From: an uncultured Nitrospirota bacterium | GTDB lineage: Bacteria > Nitrospirota > Nitrospiria > DATECO01 | Length of the DNA stretch: 39,321 bases | Direction of reading: 5' to 3' | Assembly: GCA_964348105.1 (NCBI GenBank) | Contig: CAYGBP010000008.1 | Coordinates: 3,663 to 42,983 of the forward strand | Program-made: the position numbers and the translations under genes | Shown here: one piece after another, positions 1 to 8,799 of the stretch | How the letters are laid out: each line of letters starts with the position of its first letter | Position numbering within the stretch: the first letter of the stretch is position 1 | Notes under the pieces: generated by a model | Database searches by the model: none | What the model saw: only the letters and a program-made list of their open reading frames with translations | What the model was told of the DNA's origin: nothing

Positions 1-1087
1 ATTTGCCGGCGCCGTTCGGGCCGACCAGGGCGATCCGATCGCCGCGCCGCAGCTCGAGATTCAAGTCCCGGTAGACCGGCGTGCGACCGTATGATTTGTG
101 CAGGTGGATGAGCCGGATGACCGAGTCTCCGCTTCGCGGCGGCTCCGGAAAGGTAAAGCGCACCCGTTTGGCCTTTCGTCCCACATCCACACGCTCGATC
201 TTTTCCAAGGCCTTGATCCGGCTCTGGACCTGGCGGGCCTTGGTGGCCTTGTAGCGAAAACGGTCGATGAAGGTCTGGGTCTGCTGGATCTTCTTTTCCT
301 GGTTTCGGGCGGTGGCCTCCAGGATTTCCCGGGCCTGGGCCTTGGCGACGGTGAACTGGTCGTAATTGCCGGTGTAGTCGACCAATTTTCGGCGGTCGAT
401 CTCCACCACGCGGTTGGCCACGCGATTCATGAAGTGTCGGTCGTGGGAGATGAGGACAATCGCCCCGGCGTATCCGGCCAGAAATTCCTCCAGCCAAATG
501 ACCGATTCGAGATCCAGGTGGTTCGTGGGCTCGTCCAGCAGGAGCAGATCCGGCCCCAGCAGGAGAAGCTTGGAAAGCGCGATGCGCATCCGCCATCCGC
601 CCGAAAATTCCCGGACAGATCGGACCAGGTCGGGTTTTTTAAATCCCAGGCCGAACAGGATTTCCTGCGCCCGGGCCTCGCGCGAATAGCCCCCAATCTG
701 CTCGTACCTGGACTGAAGCTCGCCGTAGCGCGCCAGCAGCTCCTCGGCCGTGTCCTGGGCGGCCGAGGCGATTTCCTCCTCCAGCAGGCGGAGGTGATGC
801 TCGATCGTGGATACGTCAGAGCGTGCGGCCAAGACCTCCTGTAGCAGGGTGCGTCCGGCGTCCACCTCGATATCCTGCTCCAAATAGCCGATGACGGCAT
901 TCTTGTTCGTCGCGATGGCCCCGTCATCCGGCGTGATCCGGCCGGCCATCATCTCCATCAGCGTGGTTTTCCCGGCCCCGTTCGGGCCGATCAGGGCCAC
1001 GCGGTCCTCGATTCCGATGCGCAGCGAAGCGTCTTCCAGCAGAACCTGCCCGCCGAAGCGCTTGTATATTTTCTGAATAGAGATCAC
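1..1087 (-). CDS. ABC-F family ATPase (ribosome-associated ABC protein type), N-terminal ~362 codons; the 3' end lies beyond the window start
   Basis: Absent from the ORF track because it runs off the window edge. My own reverse-strand translation from GTG 1087-1085 gives ISIQKIYKRFGGQVLLEDASLRIGIEDRVALIGPNGAGKTTLMEMM (Walker A). It continues with FSGGWRMRIALSKLLL (ABC signature), LLLLDEPTNHLD (Walker B) and an ABC-F linker (IDRFRYKATKARQVQSRIKALEK). A second Walker A, VGPNGAGK, sits at bases 24-1. No in-frame stop is seen. Confidence 0.9.
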   Translation of the reverse strand, partial: MISIQKIYKRFGGQVLLEDASLRIGIEDRVALIGPNGAGKTTLMEMMAGRITPDDGAIATNKNAVIGYLEQDIEVDAGRTLLQEVLAARSDVSTIEHHLRLLEEEIASAAQDTAEELLARYGELQSRYEQIGGYSREARAQEILFGLGFKKPDLVRSVREFSGGWRMRIALSKLLLLGPDLLLLDEPTNHLDLESVIWLEEFLAGYAGAIVLISHDRHFMNRVANRVVEIDRRKLVDYTGNYDQFTVAKAQAREILEATARNQEKKIQQTQTFIDRFRYKATKARQVQSRIKALEKIERVDVGRKAKRVRFTFPEPPRSGDSVIRLIHLHKSYGRTPVYRDLNLELRRGDRIALVGPNGAGK

Positions 1088-1393
1088 ACCCGTTCCATAA
1101 AAAAAGGCCCGCCGCCCCCTCCGGGAAGGAATGGGAAGGGGCATCGGGCAATCGGCCTTGCCCAATGGTCAATTGGATCTTCACCCATAATATACCAGAA
1201 ATCCGTTCTCCGGGACAAGAGCCGCAAATCCTCGGAGTTGGCCTGTACCGGGCAAAAATAATTCAGTTGCATTATTCATTAAAGGAGTAAATAATGGAAA
1301 GATCTGTAATGGCGAATATGGGAATATGGAGTATTATTCCGCTGTGCGCGGATCCCGTATTTCTCCTGAATAAAGAATAGGAAATTAAGTTCA

Positions 1394-2596
1394 ATGGATC
1401 GATGGTGCGGTCTGATCGTTTTTCTGCTGAGCGTTATGCTCGGGACGGGAGGGTGTGCGTCCCTGGGAGGGGGGGGAGGGTTGACGCCACGCGACCATAT
1501 CCTGATGGGTTGGGAGCTGGCCGATCGGGGAGATCTGGACCGGGCGATCGCGCATTGGAAGAAAGCCGCGAGGCTCCAGGACGATCTAGCCGACGTGCAC
1601 GACCACCTCGCATTCGCCTATCTGAGGAAAGGCATGATGGGCAAGGCCGCCAAGGAATGGAAGAAGGCCATCCGCATGGACGAAACCTTCAACTGCCACA
1701 AGGTGGTGGCGGCGCGCAAGGCCATGATCGATGCTGCACGAAAACGGATGGGTGAAGGGTTCGCGGTTAAAATGAACATTTCAGACCTATTGTCGGATGA
1801 GGATGGAAAGGAAGGATCCATTCATTTCTATCCCGAACCGATCCGCAGGGACCTGGGCAACGGGCGGTGGGGTGATCTCAGGGATGTGAAGGTCTATCTG
1901 GCGGACGGGGAGTCCAGCATCTACCAGGTTTTTGGCCTCATGGATAGTGATCGCAGCCTGACGGGTCTGATAGAGTCCGATTATGAAGGGGCGATCGTGC
2001 TGGAATCGCCGGATTTCGTGGTTCCCTGCTCGCACACGCAGTTTTTGAACAACGAAATCCCGCCCGAGCCGTTGGGCTTGACCGGACTTGATCTGTACAG
2101 GGACGATGTCCTGGGCATCGAGATTCGATACCCGAAGAACTGGTTTGTGAAACCCCTCGTGGAGGACGGCCGTGTGACCCGACTCTACCTGAGCCGCGAA
2201 AAGATTCTGGTCACGGGGCAAGATATCTACTCGGTCGGGGTGAGTATCCCGGCGTCTGTTTTAAGCAGTCAGGGCGTGGATGACAGGTTTTTCGATGAGA
2301 ACATTGAAAAGCTTCGGATCCGCCTTCTGGAAAAGGGCAGGGATATCGTTGATTCAAAGGATTTGTCGATCGGCGGACTTCGAGCCAGGCTCTTCGAGGT
2401 GGTCACTCCGCGGATCACACCGACCGGCGTCCTTCCCCATCCCCTTCGAATGTATCACCTCTTCATTCTAAAGGCTCCGGAAGAGATCTGGTGGGCCCAT
2501 TTCGAGGCCCCCGACGCCGAATTCGAATTGTATCGCCACGCTTTCGACAAAATGATCCGGTCCCTGAGGTTATCGGCTGGAGGGTCCCCGTTCTGA
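1394..2596 (+). CDS. Lipoprotein with N-terminal TPR-like repeats, function unknown
   Basis: 400-aa ORF. The N-terminus MDRWCGLIVFLLSVMLGTGGCAS has a signal peptide plus a lipobox-like GTGGC. TPR-like helices follow (ADRGDLDRAIAHWKKAARL, AFAYLRKGMMGKAAKEWKKAIRMDE). Confidence 0.7.
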   Translation: MDRWCGLIVFLLSVMLGTGGCASLGGGGGLTPRDHILMGWELADRGDLDRAIAHWKKAARLQDDLADVHDHLAFAYLRKGMMGKAAKEWKKAIRMDETFNCHKVVAARKAMIDAARKRMGEGFAVKMNISDLLSDEDGKEGSIHFYPEPIRRDLGNGRWGDLRDVKVYLADGESSIYQVFGLMDSDRSLTGLIESDYEGAIVLESPDFVVPCSHTQFLNNEIPPEPLGLTGLDLYRDDVLGIEIRYPKNWFVKPLVEDGRVTRLYLSREKILVTGQDIYSVGVSIPASVLSSQGVDDRFFDENIEKLRIRLLEKGRDIVDSKDLSIGGLRARLFEVVTPRITPTGVLPHPLRMYHLFILKAPEEIWWAHFEAPDAEFELYRHAFDKMIRSLRLSAGGSPF

Positions 2597-2598
2597 GG

Positions 2599-2817
2599 CT
2601 GCAGACAGTCGCCTATGATCCGGCCGGACGGGCCGCGGAGGCGGAAAAGGCATACCGCGAAGACCTCAAGCGGCACCCCGAAAACGGATGGCCGCTGTTC
2701 GGGCTTCAGAAAAGTCTCGCCGCTCAGGAAAAGACCGAAGAGGCAATAGAGGTTGAAGAGCGGTTTAAACGCGCCTGGGACCATGCGGACGTTATACTGA
2801 CGGCTTCACGCTTCTGA
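2599..2817 (+). pseudogene. Orphan C-terminal fragment of a TPR-repeat protein (gene remnant)
   Basis: The tail of ORF 2491-2817 reads AAEAEKAYREDLKRHPENGWPLFGLQKSLAAQEKTEEAIEVEERFKRAWDHADVILTASRF. This looks like the last TPR and C-terminus of a larger periplasmic TPR protein. The 5' part of the frame overlaps the preceding lipoprotein gene out of frame. No plausible start or N-terminal domain is present. Confidence 0.45.
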
Positions 2818-2896
2818 AGCGATGGAATTGATGTGAAGCTTAGAGGGTCAGCCGATGACCCGAGGCAGCGAGACGCTTCGTGATCATCCCCGTTCT

Positions 2897-2925
2897 TTGA
2901 TTCCTGCCGTTTGATCGGTTATAAT
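2897..2925 (+). promoter_or_regulatory. Sigma70-type promoter for the top6B-top6A operon
   Basis: TTGATT (2897-2902), a 17-nt spacer, then TATAAT (2920-2925). It lies about 80 nt upstream of the top6B ATG at 3004. Confidence 0.6.
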
Positions 2926-3003
2926 CCCCCCGTGGAGCGAGAGGTCGCTTCCTCCGTCATGTAATTCAATCATCGGGCAATTACAGGATTCCGAAAAAAC
3001 CGC

Positions 3004-5025
3004 ATGCCGAAACGATCAAACCAGGCCGTTCTTCCCAAGCCCAAGTTTGCCGAGGCCAAAGAGAGCGTATCCGCCATCGAGATGGGATCGCGGCAGCGGG
3101 AGATCTCCGTCTCGGAGTTCTTCACCAAGAACCGGCACCTGCTGGGATTCGACAGCCCCAGGAAGTCGCTGCTGACCTGCGTCAAGGAGGCGGCGGACAA
3201 CGCGCTCGACGCCTGCGAGGAAGCCGGCATCCTGCCCGAAGTGGTGGTCAAGCTGGAAGTGGTGCCGGAGGGAGGCGCCGTGCCGGCCCCCAGCCAGGCG
3301 AAGCGCTTTCGGATCACGGTGATCGATTACGGCCCCGGGATCGTCCGCCAGCAAATTCCCCCGATCTTCGCCAAACTGCTGTACGGCTCCAAGTTCCACC
3401 GGCTGAGGATGAGCCGCGGGCAGCAGGGAATCGGAATATCGGCCGCCGGCATGTACGGGCAGTTGACGACGGGAAAGCCGGTGCGGATCATCTCGCGAAC
3501 CAGCGCAAAAAAACCGGCGCACTATTTCGAAGTGCAGATCGACACGAAGAAGAACGAGCCCCGCATCCTGGAGAAAAAGGAGGTGGAATGGGAAAACCAC
3601 CGCGGGACCCAGGTCACGCTTGAGATTGAGGGGCGCTACCAGAAGGGCCGTGCCTCGGTGGAGGAGTACCTGGAGCAGACATCCATCGCCAACCCGCATG
3701 TGAAGCTGACCTATCATACGCCGGAGGGTGAGACCAAGGACTATCCCCGGACCTATCACGAGCTCCCGCCGCCCCCGCGCGAGATCAAGCCGCATCCCTA
3801 CGGGATCGAGCTGGGCATGCTGCTCAAGATGCTTCACGATACGAAGAGCCACTGGCTTTCGGGTTTACTGGCCGGGGACTTCAGCCGTATCTCAACCAAG
3901 CTGGCCGAAGAGATCTGCAAGACCGCGAAGATCCCGCCTCACACCAGGCCGCGGGATATTCACGGAGAACGGGCCGAGACGCTTTATCAGGCGCTTCAGT
4001 CCACCAAGATCATGGCGCCGCCCAGCAACTGCCTCTCGCCGATCGGCGAGAAGGCGATTCTGGCTGGATTGTACAAGCAGATCCAGGGGGATTTTTACAC
4101 GGCCGTCACGCGCCCGCCGGCGGTTTATCGCGGCAATCCTTTCGTGATCGAGGCGGGGCTGGCGTACGGCCGCGGCCCAGACGCGGCGGCCAAGTCCAGG
4201 GAAGAAAAGAAGGTCCCCCTGGCCGAAGGCGAGGATCAAAAAGGGGAACAGGAACTGGCCCGCGTGATCCGGTACGCCAACCGCGTGCCGCTGCTCTATC
4301 AGCAGGCGGCCTGCGCCACCTACAAATCGGTTCTGGAGACCACCTGGCGCAATTACGGCATTTCACAGTCCAGAGGGGCGCTTCCCGGCGGCCCCATGGT
4401 CGTCTTTATTCACATGGCATCGGTCTGGGTGCCGTTCACCAGCGAATCGAAGGAGGCGATCGCCGATTACGACGAGATTCGAAAGGAGATCAAGCTCGCC
4501 CTGCAGGAATGCGGCCGGCGCCTGGGCGTCTTCCTGCGACGGCGCGAGCGGGCCAAGAGCGAGTTTCGCCGGCGCAACATCTTCGAGCTGTATATCGAGG
4601 AAGTGGTGGAGGCCTGCAATCGCTTGAAGGGCGGCAAGCTGCCGACAAAGAAGCTCAAGGAGCAGCTTCAAAAGATCGCCGCCAAGCGCACGGGCGGCGA
4701 GCGGACGGACGAGGTCCTGGGAAAGCGCGCCACCGGCCCGGAAGGGCTTCCCCACTCCATCATCGTCACGCCCGAAGGAGCCGAAGGAGAGGTGCCATTG
4801 CCGGACGATGACGGCTTGAGGCGCGTACCCGCCGGGAAGGAGGAGCGTCAGGAACAGATGGAACTGCCCGGTTTGAAGGCGGGGCGAAAGGAGGCCAAGG
4901 CACCCACGAGAGGCAAGGGGAGAAAGGCGGACAGGAGCGGACGTCGAACAGCTCGCCAGCCCAAGAAAACTTCCCGCCCGAAGTCGGCAAAACCACGTCA
5001 GTCCGTTAGGCGAAAGACGAAATAG
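3004..5025 (+). CDS. top6B: DNA topoisomerase VI subunit B (GHKL/Bergerat ATPase) with a long basic C-terminal tail
   Basis: 673-aa ORF. It has REISVSEFFTKNRHLLGFD, the N-box KEAADNALDACEE, the G1 box VIDYGPGI and the G2 box SRGQQGIGISAAG. A transducer-like region and a Lys/Arg-rich tail follow. Confidence 0.93.
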   Translation: MPKRSNQAVLPKPKFAEAKESVSAIEMGSRQREISVSEFFTKNRHLLGFDSPRKSLLTCVKEAADNALDACEEAGILPEVVVKLEVVPEGGAVPAPSQAKRFRITVIDYGPGIVRQQIPPIFAKLLYGSKFHRLRMSRGQQGIGISAAGMYGQLTTGKPVRIISRTSAKKPAHYFEVQIDTKKNEPRILEKKEVEWENHRGTQVTLEIEGRYQKGRASVEEYLEQTSIANPHVKLTYHTPEGETKDYPRTYHELPPPPREIKPHPYGIELGMLLKMLHDTKSHWLSGLLAGDFSRISTKLAEEICKTAKIPPHTRPRDIHGERAETLYQALQSTKIMAPPSNCLSPIGEKAILAGLYKQIQGDFYTAVTRPPAVYRGNPFVIEAGLAYGRGPDAAAKSREEKKVPLAEGEDQKGEQELARVIRYANRVPLLYQQAACATYKSVLETTWRNYGISQSRGALPGGPMVVFIHMASVWVPFTSESKEAIADYDEIRKEIKLALQECGRRLGVFLRRRERAKSEFRRRNIFELYIEEVVEACNRLKGGKLPTKKLKEQLQKIAAKRTGGERTDEVLGKRATGPEGLPHSIIVTPEGAEGEVPLPDDDGLRRVPAGKEERQEQMELPGLKAGRKEAKAPTRGKGRKADRSGRRTARQPKKTSRPKSAKPRQSVRRKTK

Positions 5026-5033
5026 GGGAAGTC

Positions 5034-6140
5034 ATGGCCAAGAAAAAAGAAAAGAAACCGAGTGTGGTCGAAAGAAAGCTGGTCGGCGTGGCGGACACGG
5101 TCGTCACCGCCGCGCAGCGGCAGAAGGATCCGACGATTTCGATCCCCATCCGCTCCCTTTCGAACGTCACTTTCAGCGAGCGCAAGGGAATGATCGAAAT
5201 GGGCAATAAGAAACAGGCCCGCACATTCTTCAATGTGGGGATGGCCAAGAAATTCATGCAGACCGTGCTGGTGGCGGACGCACTTTCCGAGCTCCAGCGC
5301 GCAAACCTCACCACCTCCCTGCGTGAAATCTATTATCGCACCAAGCACACAATCAAAGACTCGCACGAGAACACCTTCGATGCCCAGACCGAGTCGGATC
5401 CGGTGATCGAGGACCTCGAGGTGTCGCTGGAGGCGCTCCGGGAAGAGCTGCATGTGCGGGCCGAGAACGGCGGCAGCGTGGTCGGGCCGCTCATCCTGGG
5501 CGATGACGGCGACCGCGTGGACTGCACCAAGTTGGGGAAGGGGGGGTACTCCGTTCCTTCGATCGTCGAGCCGGAATTTCTGGAGATCAGGAAATGCACG
5601 GCCGATTTCGTCCTGTTGGTCGAGAAGGGAACCCAGTGGAACCGCCTCTCCGAGGATAAGTTCTGGCGCCGGTACAACTGCGTGCTGCTGACCGGCAACG
5701 GCCAGCCCCCCCGTGGCGTCCGACGCCTGGCCCGCCGGCTGCATGACGAGAAACGGCTTCCGGTCTACGTCCTGGTGGATAACGACCCCTGGGGGTATTA
5801 CATCTATTCGGTGGTCAAGCAGGGATCGATCAACCTCGCCTTCGAGAGCAAGCGGATGGCGATTCCCAAGGCGAAGTTCATCGGGCTGTCCAGCGCCGAT
5901 CCCGAGCGGTACGGTCTTCCGCGCAATGTCGGGATCAAGCTCAACGAAAAGGACATCACCCGCGCGCGCGAGCTTCTCAACTATCCCTGGTTCCAGAAAA
6001 AGGACTGGCAGAAGGAAATCAAGCGAATGCTTTCCAGCGGCCTCAAATACGAGCTGGATGCCCTCGCCAACAAGGATTTCCAATACCTGACGAAGCGGTA
6101 TCTTCCCAGAAAGCTGAAGGAAAGAGATTGGCTGGATTAG
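5034..6140 (+). CDS. top6A: DNA topoisomerase VI subunit A (Spo11-type, 5Y-CAP plus Toprim)
   Basis: 368-aa ORF starting 8 nt after the top6B stop. It has LREIYYRTKH (catalytic Tyr region), the Toprim Glu in LLVEKGTQWNRL and the DxD motif in VYVLVDNDPWGYYIYS. The C-terminus YELDALANKDFQYL is typical of the family. Confidence 0.93.
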   Translation: MAKKKEKKPSVVERKLVGVADTVVTAAQRQKDPTISIPIRSLSNVTFSERKGMIEMGNKKQARTFFNVGMAKKFMQTVLVADALSELQRANLTTSLREIYYRTKHTIKDSHENTFDAQTESDPVIEDLEVSLEALREELHVRAENGGSVVGPLILGDDGDRVDCTKLGKGGYSVPSIVEPEFLEIRKCTADFVLLVEKGTQWNRLSEDKFWRRYNCVLLTGNGQPPRGVRRLARRLHDEKRLPVYVLVDNDPWGYYIYSVVKQGSINLAFESKRMAIPKAKFIGLSSADPERYGLPRNVGIKLNEKDITRARELLNYPWFQKKDWQKEIKRMLSSGLKYELDALANKDFQYLTKRYLPRKLKERDWLD

Positions 6141-6985
6141 CCGCCGGCGGTATGGAGGCCTGCCTGGGCAGGGGCGGGGTGGTTGGCAATCTTCGCAAGC
6201 ATCTCCTCCAAGGCCGATCCGCCGTCGTGGCCGGCGGCCCGCGCATGGGAAAGAGCACCTTTCTTCGGCAGATGGCCGCCGCATTGCCCCCCGAGGCGGC
6301 CGTTGTTTCATTCGACCTCTCCAAGAAAAAACCTGCCGATTTCCGCGAGCGGCTTCCGGACGGGAGCGATCCCGTGGTTGTTCTCATGGATTGCTGCGAG
6401 AGCTTACTCCCACATCCGAACCTGTTTCTGGATCGAATCATCCCGATCTTGACGGATCTGGGAAATGGGCTGCGGGGGATCGTGTGGGCGGGTTCGGTTG
6501 CCTGGGGAGAGTGGGCGATGACCCACCGGGACGTCTTCGGGGCCTCCCTGCGCTATTATCCCCTTGTCGTTCTGCCGCCCAAGGAAGCCCGTCCGGTTCT
6601 GAAAAGTCGATTGCGGGACTCCGTCACCGTGTCCGAGCTGGAAGACCTGCTTGAAAAAACGGGGGGGCATCCGCATCTCCTGGCGGAGACGGCCAAGCGC
6701 GGAAATGCCGAACTCGACGCATTCTTCGAGCAACTCTGGAAGGCGGCCGACCGAACGGAGGAGCGGGCTGTCCTGACCCGGCTGATCGAGGCGGGTCAAT
6801 GGGTCTCCCTGGAACGATTGAAGGACGATGGCGGAAAAGGTCCGCCCAAAGAAGTGCTGGATCGCCTGGCCATCCTGGGATTGATCAACCGTACGATCGT
6901 GGACGGCGCCGCAGCCGTCCGGATTGTCTCACCTGTTCTGACCGAGTGGGTCCGCCGCACCCATCGGGTACCGTCCGGAATCTGA
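6128..6985 (+). CDS. Uncharacterised P-loop NTPase (STAND/ORC-Cdc6-like core) with a C-terminal winged-helix-like domain; third gene of the top6 operon
   Basis: 285-aa ORF. A TTG start at 6128 overlaps the top6A stop (6138-6140) by 13 nt and has an AAGGAA SD-like element upstream; an alternative ATG is at 6152. Motifs: Walker A AGGPRMGKST, a Walker-B-like PVVVLMDCCE, YPLVVLPPKEARPVL and a GxP-type motif KTGGHPHLL. The C-terminal helix-rich segment (VLTRLIEAGQWVSLERL, VLDRLAILGLINR) looks wHTH-like. Confidence 0.7.
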   Translation: MAGLAAGGMEACLGRGGVVGNLRKHLLQGRSAVVAGGPRMGKSTFLRQMAAALPPEAAVVSFDLSKKKPADFRERLPDGSDPVVVLMDCCESLLPHPNLFLDRIIPILTDLGNGLRGIVWAGSVAWGEWAMTHRDVFGASLRYYPLVVLPPKEARPVLKSRLRDSVTVSELEDLLEKTGGHPHLLAETAKRGNAELDAFFEQLWKAADRTEERAVLTRLIEAGQWVSLERLKDDGGKGPPKEVLDRLAILGLINRTIVDGAAAVRIVSPVLTEWVRRTHRVPSGI

Positions 6986-7048
6986 TGCCTGTCGCCACAG
7001 CGTCTGGAGGTAAAGCTCAAGCGAAGCTTCGGCGGGATTGCCTATCGA

Positions 7049-7960
7049 TTATTCGGACAATGCGAGCGATTTGATTTCGTGCGCCTTGTAGGAAAAGGAG
7101 AAGAATCCGGCGCCCCAGCGCTTTTCGAACTTCAGCGTGGTGCCCGAAATGCCGGTCAGCAGGGCCTCCTGGGGTTTTCCCTGGCTGCGTTCCACGATCA
7201 CGGGCCGTCCAATCCATTTTCTGGCCTGAGCCAGCGCCCTGTTTCGTGACGTGACTCCCGCGCCGCGCCCGTCGAACCGGATGAGGGTGGGGGCGGGAGT
7301 TTTTTGGGTGCTCACGGCGCTGTGCACCGGTTTGGCTTCCAGTGTAATCTCCTCTTCCTTTTTTTCGGCCTCCGGTTGATCCACGGGGAGATCGAGGTCC
7401 CGCTTGATCTCATTCATTTTCTCTTCCGTCATGCCGCTCTCGAACGCGTTGAGGAGCTTTCGCGTGGCCTCGAGATCCTTTTTCTCTTCTTCGGTCATGT
7501 CGGCGGTTTCGGCCATATCCAGGCCGCTTCGCATGAATTTCAAGGCGTCCTCTTGGGTCAGGTTTTCCATCCGGATCCCGCGGGCGACCTCCTGGGAGGC
7601 TTTCATCATCTTCCAACCGCCCGCTGCGGTGAAGACATACATCCCCAGGGCGACGCTGACCGTAAAGGCGCTGATAAATGCGATAAAGGGCTTCTTGGCC
7701 TCGTCCCAGTATTTGACGGCATAGACGCTCGCGGCGATGGGGGCCACCAGCTTGATGGCCCAGGGTATATAAAGATGGTAGGTGCTGGGCCCGAACATCC
7801 GGAAATAGATGAAGTAGACAACGATGGGGATGATGGGCAGTCCGAGAATGGCCAATCCCCAGGCGATGTGCTTCTTGCGGAAAGCCACGACCAGGAGCCA
7901 TATGAATGCCACCAGTGCCACGAGGCCGAGCAACTGAGATATCGTATTGATCGTGCCCAT
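7049..7960 (-). CDS. Integral membrane protein (about 4 TM) with an acidic coiled region and a C-terminal soluble domain, function unknown
   Basis: The track ORF is 7049-8026. I prefer the ATG at 7960 because an AAGGA SD lies 5 nt upstream on the minus strand. Hydrophobic segments include LLGLVALVAFIWLLVVAF, LAILGLPIIPIVVYFIYF and FISAFTVSVALGMYVF. It is convergent with the top6 operon. Confidence 0.65.
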   Translation of the reverse strand: MGTINTISQLLGLVALVAFIWLLVVAFRKKHIAWGLAILGLPIIPIVVYFIYFRMFGPSTYHLYIPWAIKLVAPIAASVYAVKYWDEAKKPFIAFISAFTVSVALGMYVFTAAGGWKMMKASQEVARGIRMENLTQEDALKFMRSGLDMAETADMTEEEKKDLEATRKLLNAFESGMTEEKMNEIKRDLDLPVDQPEAEKKEEEITLEAKPVHSAVSTQKTPAPTLIRFDGRGAGVTSRNRALAQARKWIGRPVIVERSQGKPQEALLTGISGTTLKFEKRWGAGFFSFSYKAHEIKSLALSE

Positions 7961-8328
7961 CCGGGTCCTTAAAATGCCTTCAATATTCCCTTTTATATTA
8001 AAGTCTTCGGGTGGTTCTCCCTTCAAGGGTAACCAGGTATCCCGTATTTGTCAATTTCGGGAAAATCCAGGAATATGGCCGATTTCCGGATGGGTATCGG
8101 TGGCCATTCCGAATTCCCAGGCCAGTATAGCCTTGCCAGGATGCCTGCCTTGCTTCGGGGCATCGGCTATGAGATCAAACCGTTGTCGCAGCCGAATCCG
8201 GCTTCTCTTATTTCTGATGCTGTGCTATGATTCCCGGCAAGCATCCATCGAGCAAAAAGTTGAAAACTTGGAAATCCGCTTCATCGGGACCCTTATTCGC
8301 ATCCTCTTGTTTACGTTCCGGTCCTCCC

Positions 8329-8799
8329 ATGGTGCTTCTGCTTAAGAATCTATTGTTTACGGTGGTCGTGCCGGGGACGGTGGCCGTTTATGTCCCGTAT
8401 CTCATTGCGCCGGACCGGCCGCCCGAGCCGGGTCCGACCCTTGCCGTCGCGATTCTCTTTTTTCTCGCGGGCGTTACGATCTATGCCTGGTGCGTCTGGG
8501 ACTTCGCGTCATTCGGAAGAGGAACGCCGGCCCCGGTCGATGCGCCGAAGCGGCTTGTCATCCGGGGATTGTACCGCCATACGCGCAATCCGATGTATGT
8601 CGGCGTGCTGATGGTGATTCTCGGCTGGGCCATCCTGTACCACTCTGCCGTTTTGCTTTCCTACGCGCTCTTCATGGCGGTTTGCTTTCACCTGTTCATT
8701 ATCCTGTACGAAGAGCGGCATCTGAAGCGTCTATTCGGTGACCAGTATGCCGACTACTGCAGGCGGGTGGGTCGTTGGCTCCCCAGGCTTCGCCGTTAG
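8329..8799 (+). CDS. Isoprenylcysteine carboxyl / phospholipid methyltransferase family membrane protein (ICMT/PEMT-like)
   Basis: The family motif is RLVIRGLYRHTRNPMYVGVLMVILGW ... ILYEERHLKRLFGDQYADYCRRVGRWLP. I prefer the ATG at 8329 (MVLLLKNLLFTVVVPG) over the upstream track start at 8227. Confidence 0.8.
   Translation: MVLLLKNLLFTVVVPGTVAVYVPYLIAPDRPPEPGPTLAVAILFFLAGVTIYAWCVWDFASFGRGTPAPVDAPKRLVIRGLYRHTRNPMYVGVLMVILGWAILYHSAVLLSYALFMAVCFHLFIILYEERHLKRLFGDQYADYCRRVGRWLPRLRR

Noticed and set aside
98-844. 248-aa plus-strand ORF at the left edge
   Set aside because: It is antisense shadow of the ABC-F gene, whose Walker, signature and linker motifs read cleanly on the minus strand. The plus-frame peptide is low-complexity (G/L/V/D/R-rich) with no motifs.
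3016-3852. 278-aa minus-strand ORF inside top6B
   Set aside because: Shadow ORF opposite the GHKL ATPase motifs.
4998-6311. 437-aa minus-strand ORF, the longest uncalled ORF
   Set aside because: It lies entirely antisense to top6A and the start of the P-loop gene. Its Arg/Pro/Gly-rich composition is typical of GC-rich shadow frames. The plus strand carries the Spo11/Toprim motifs.
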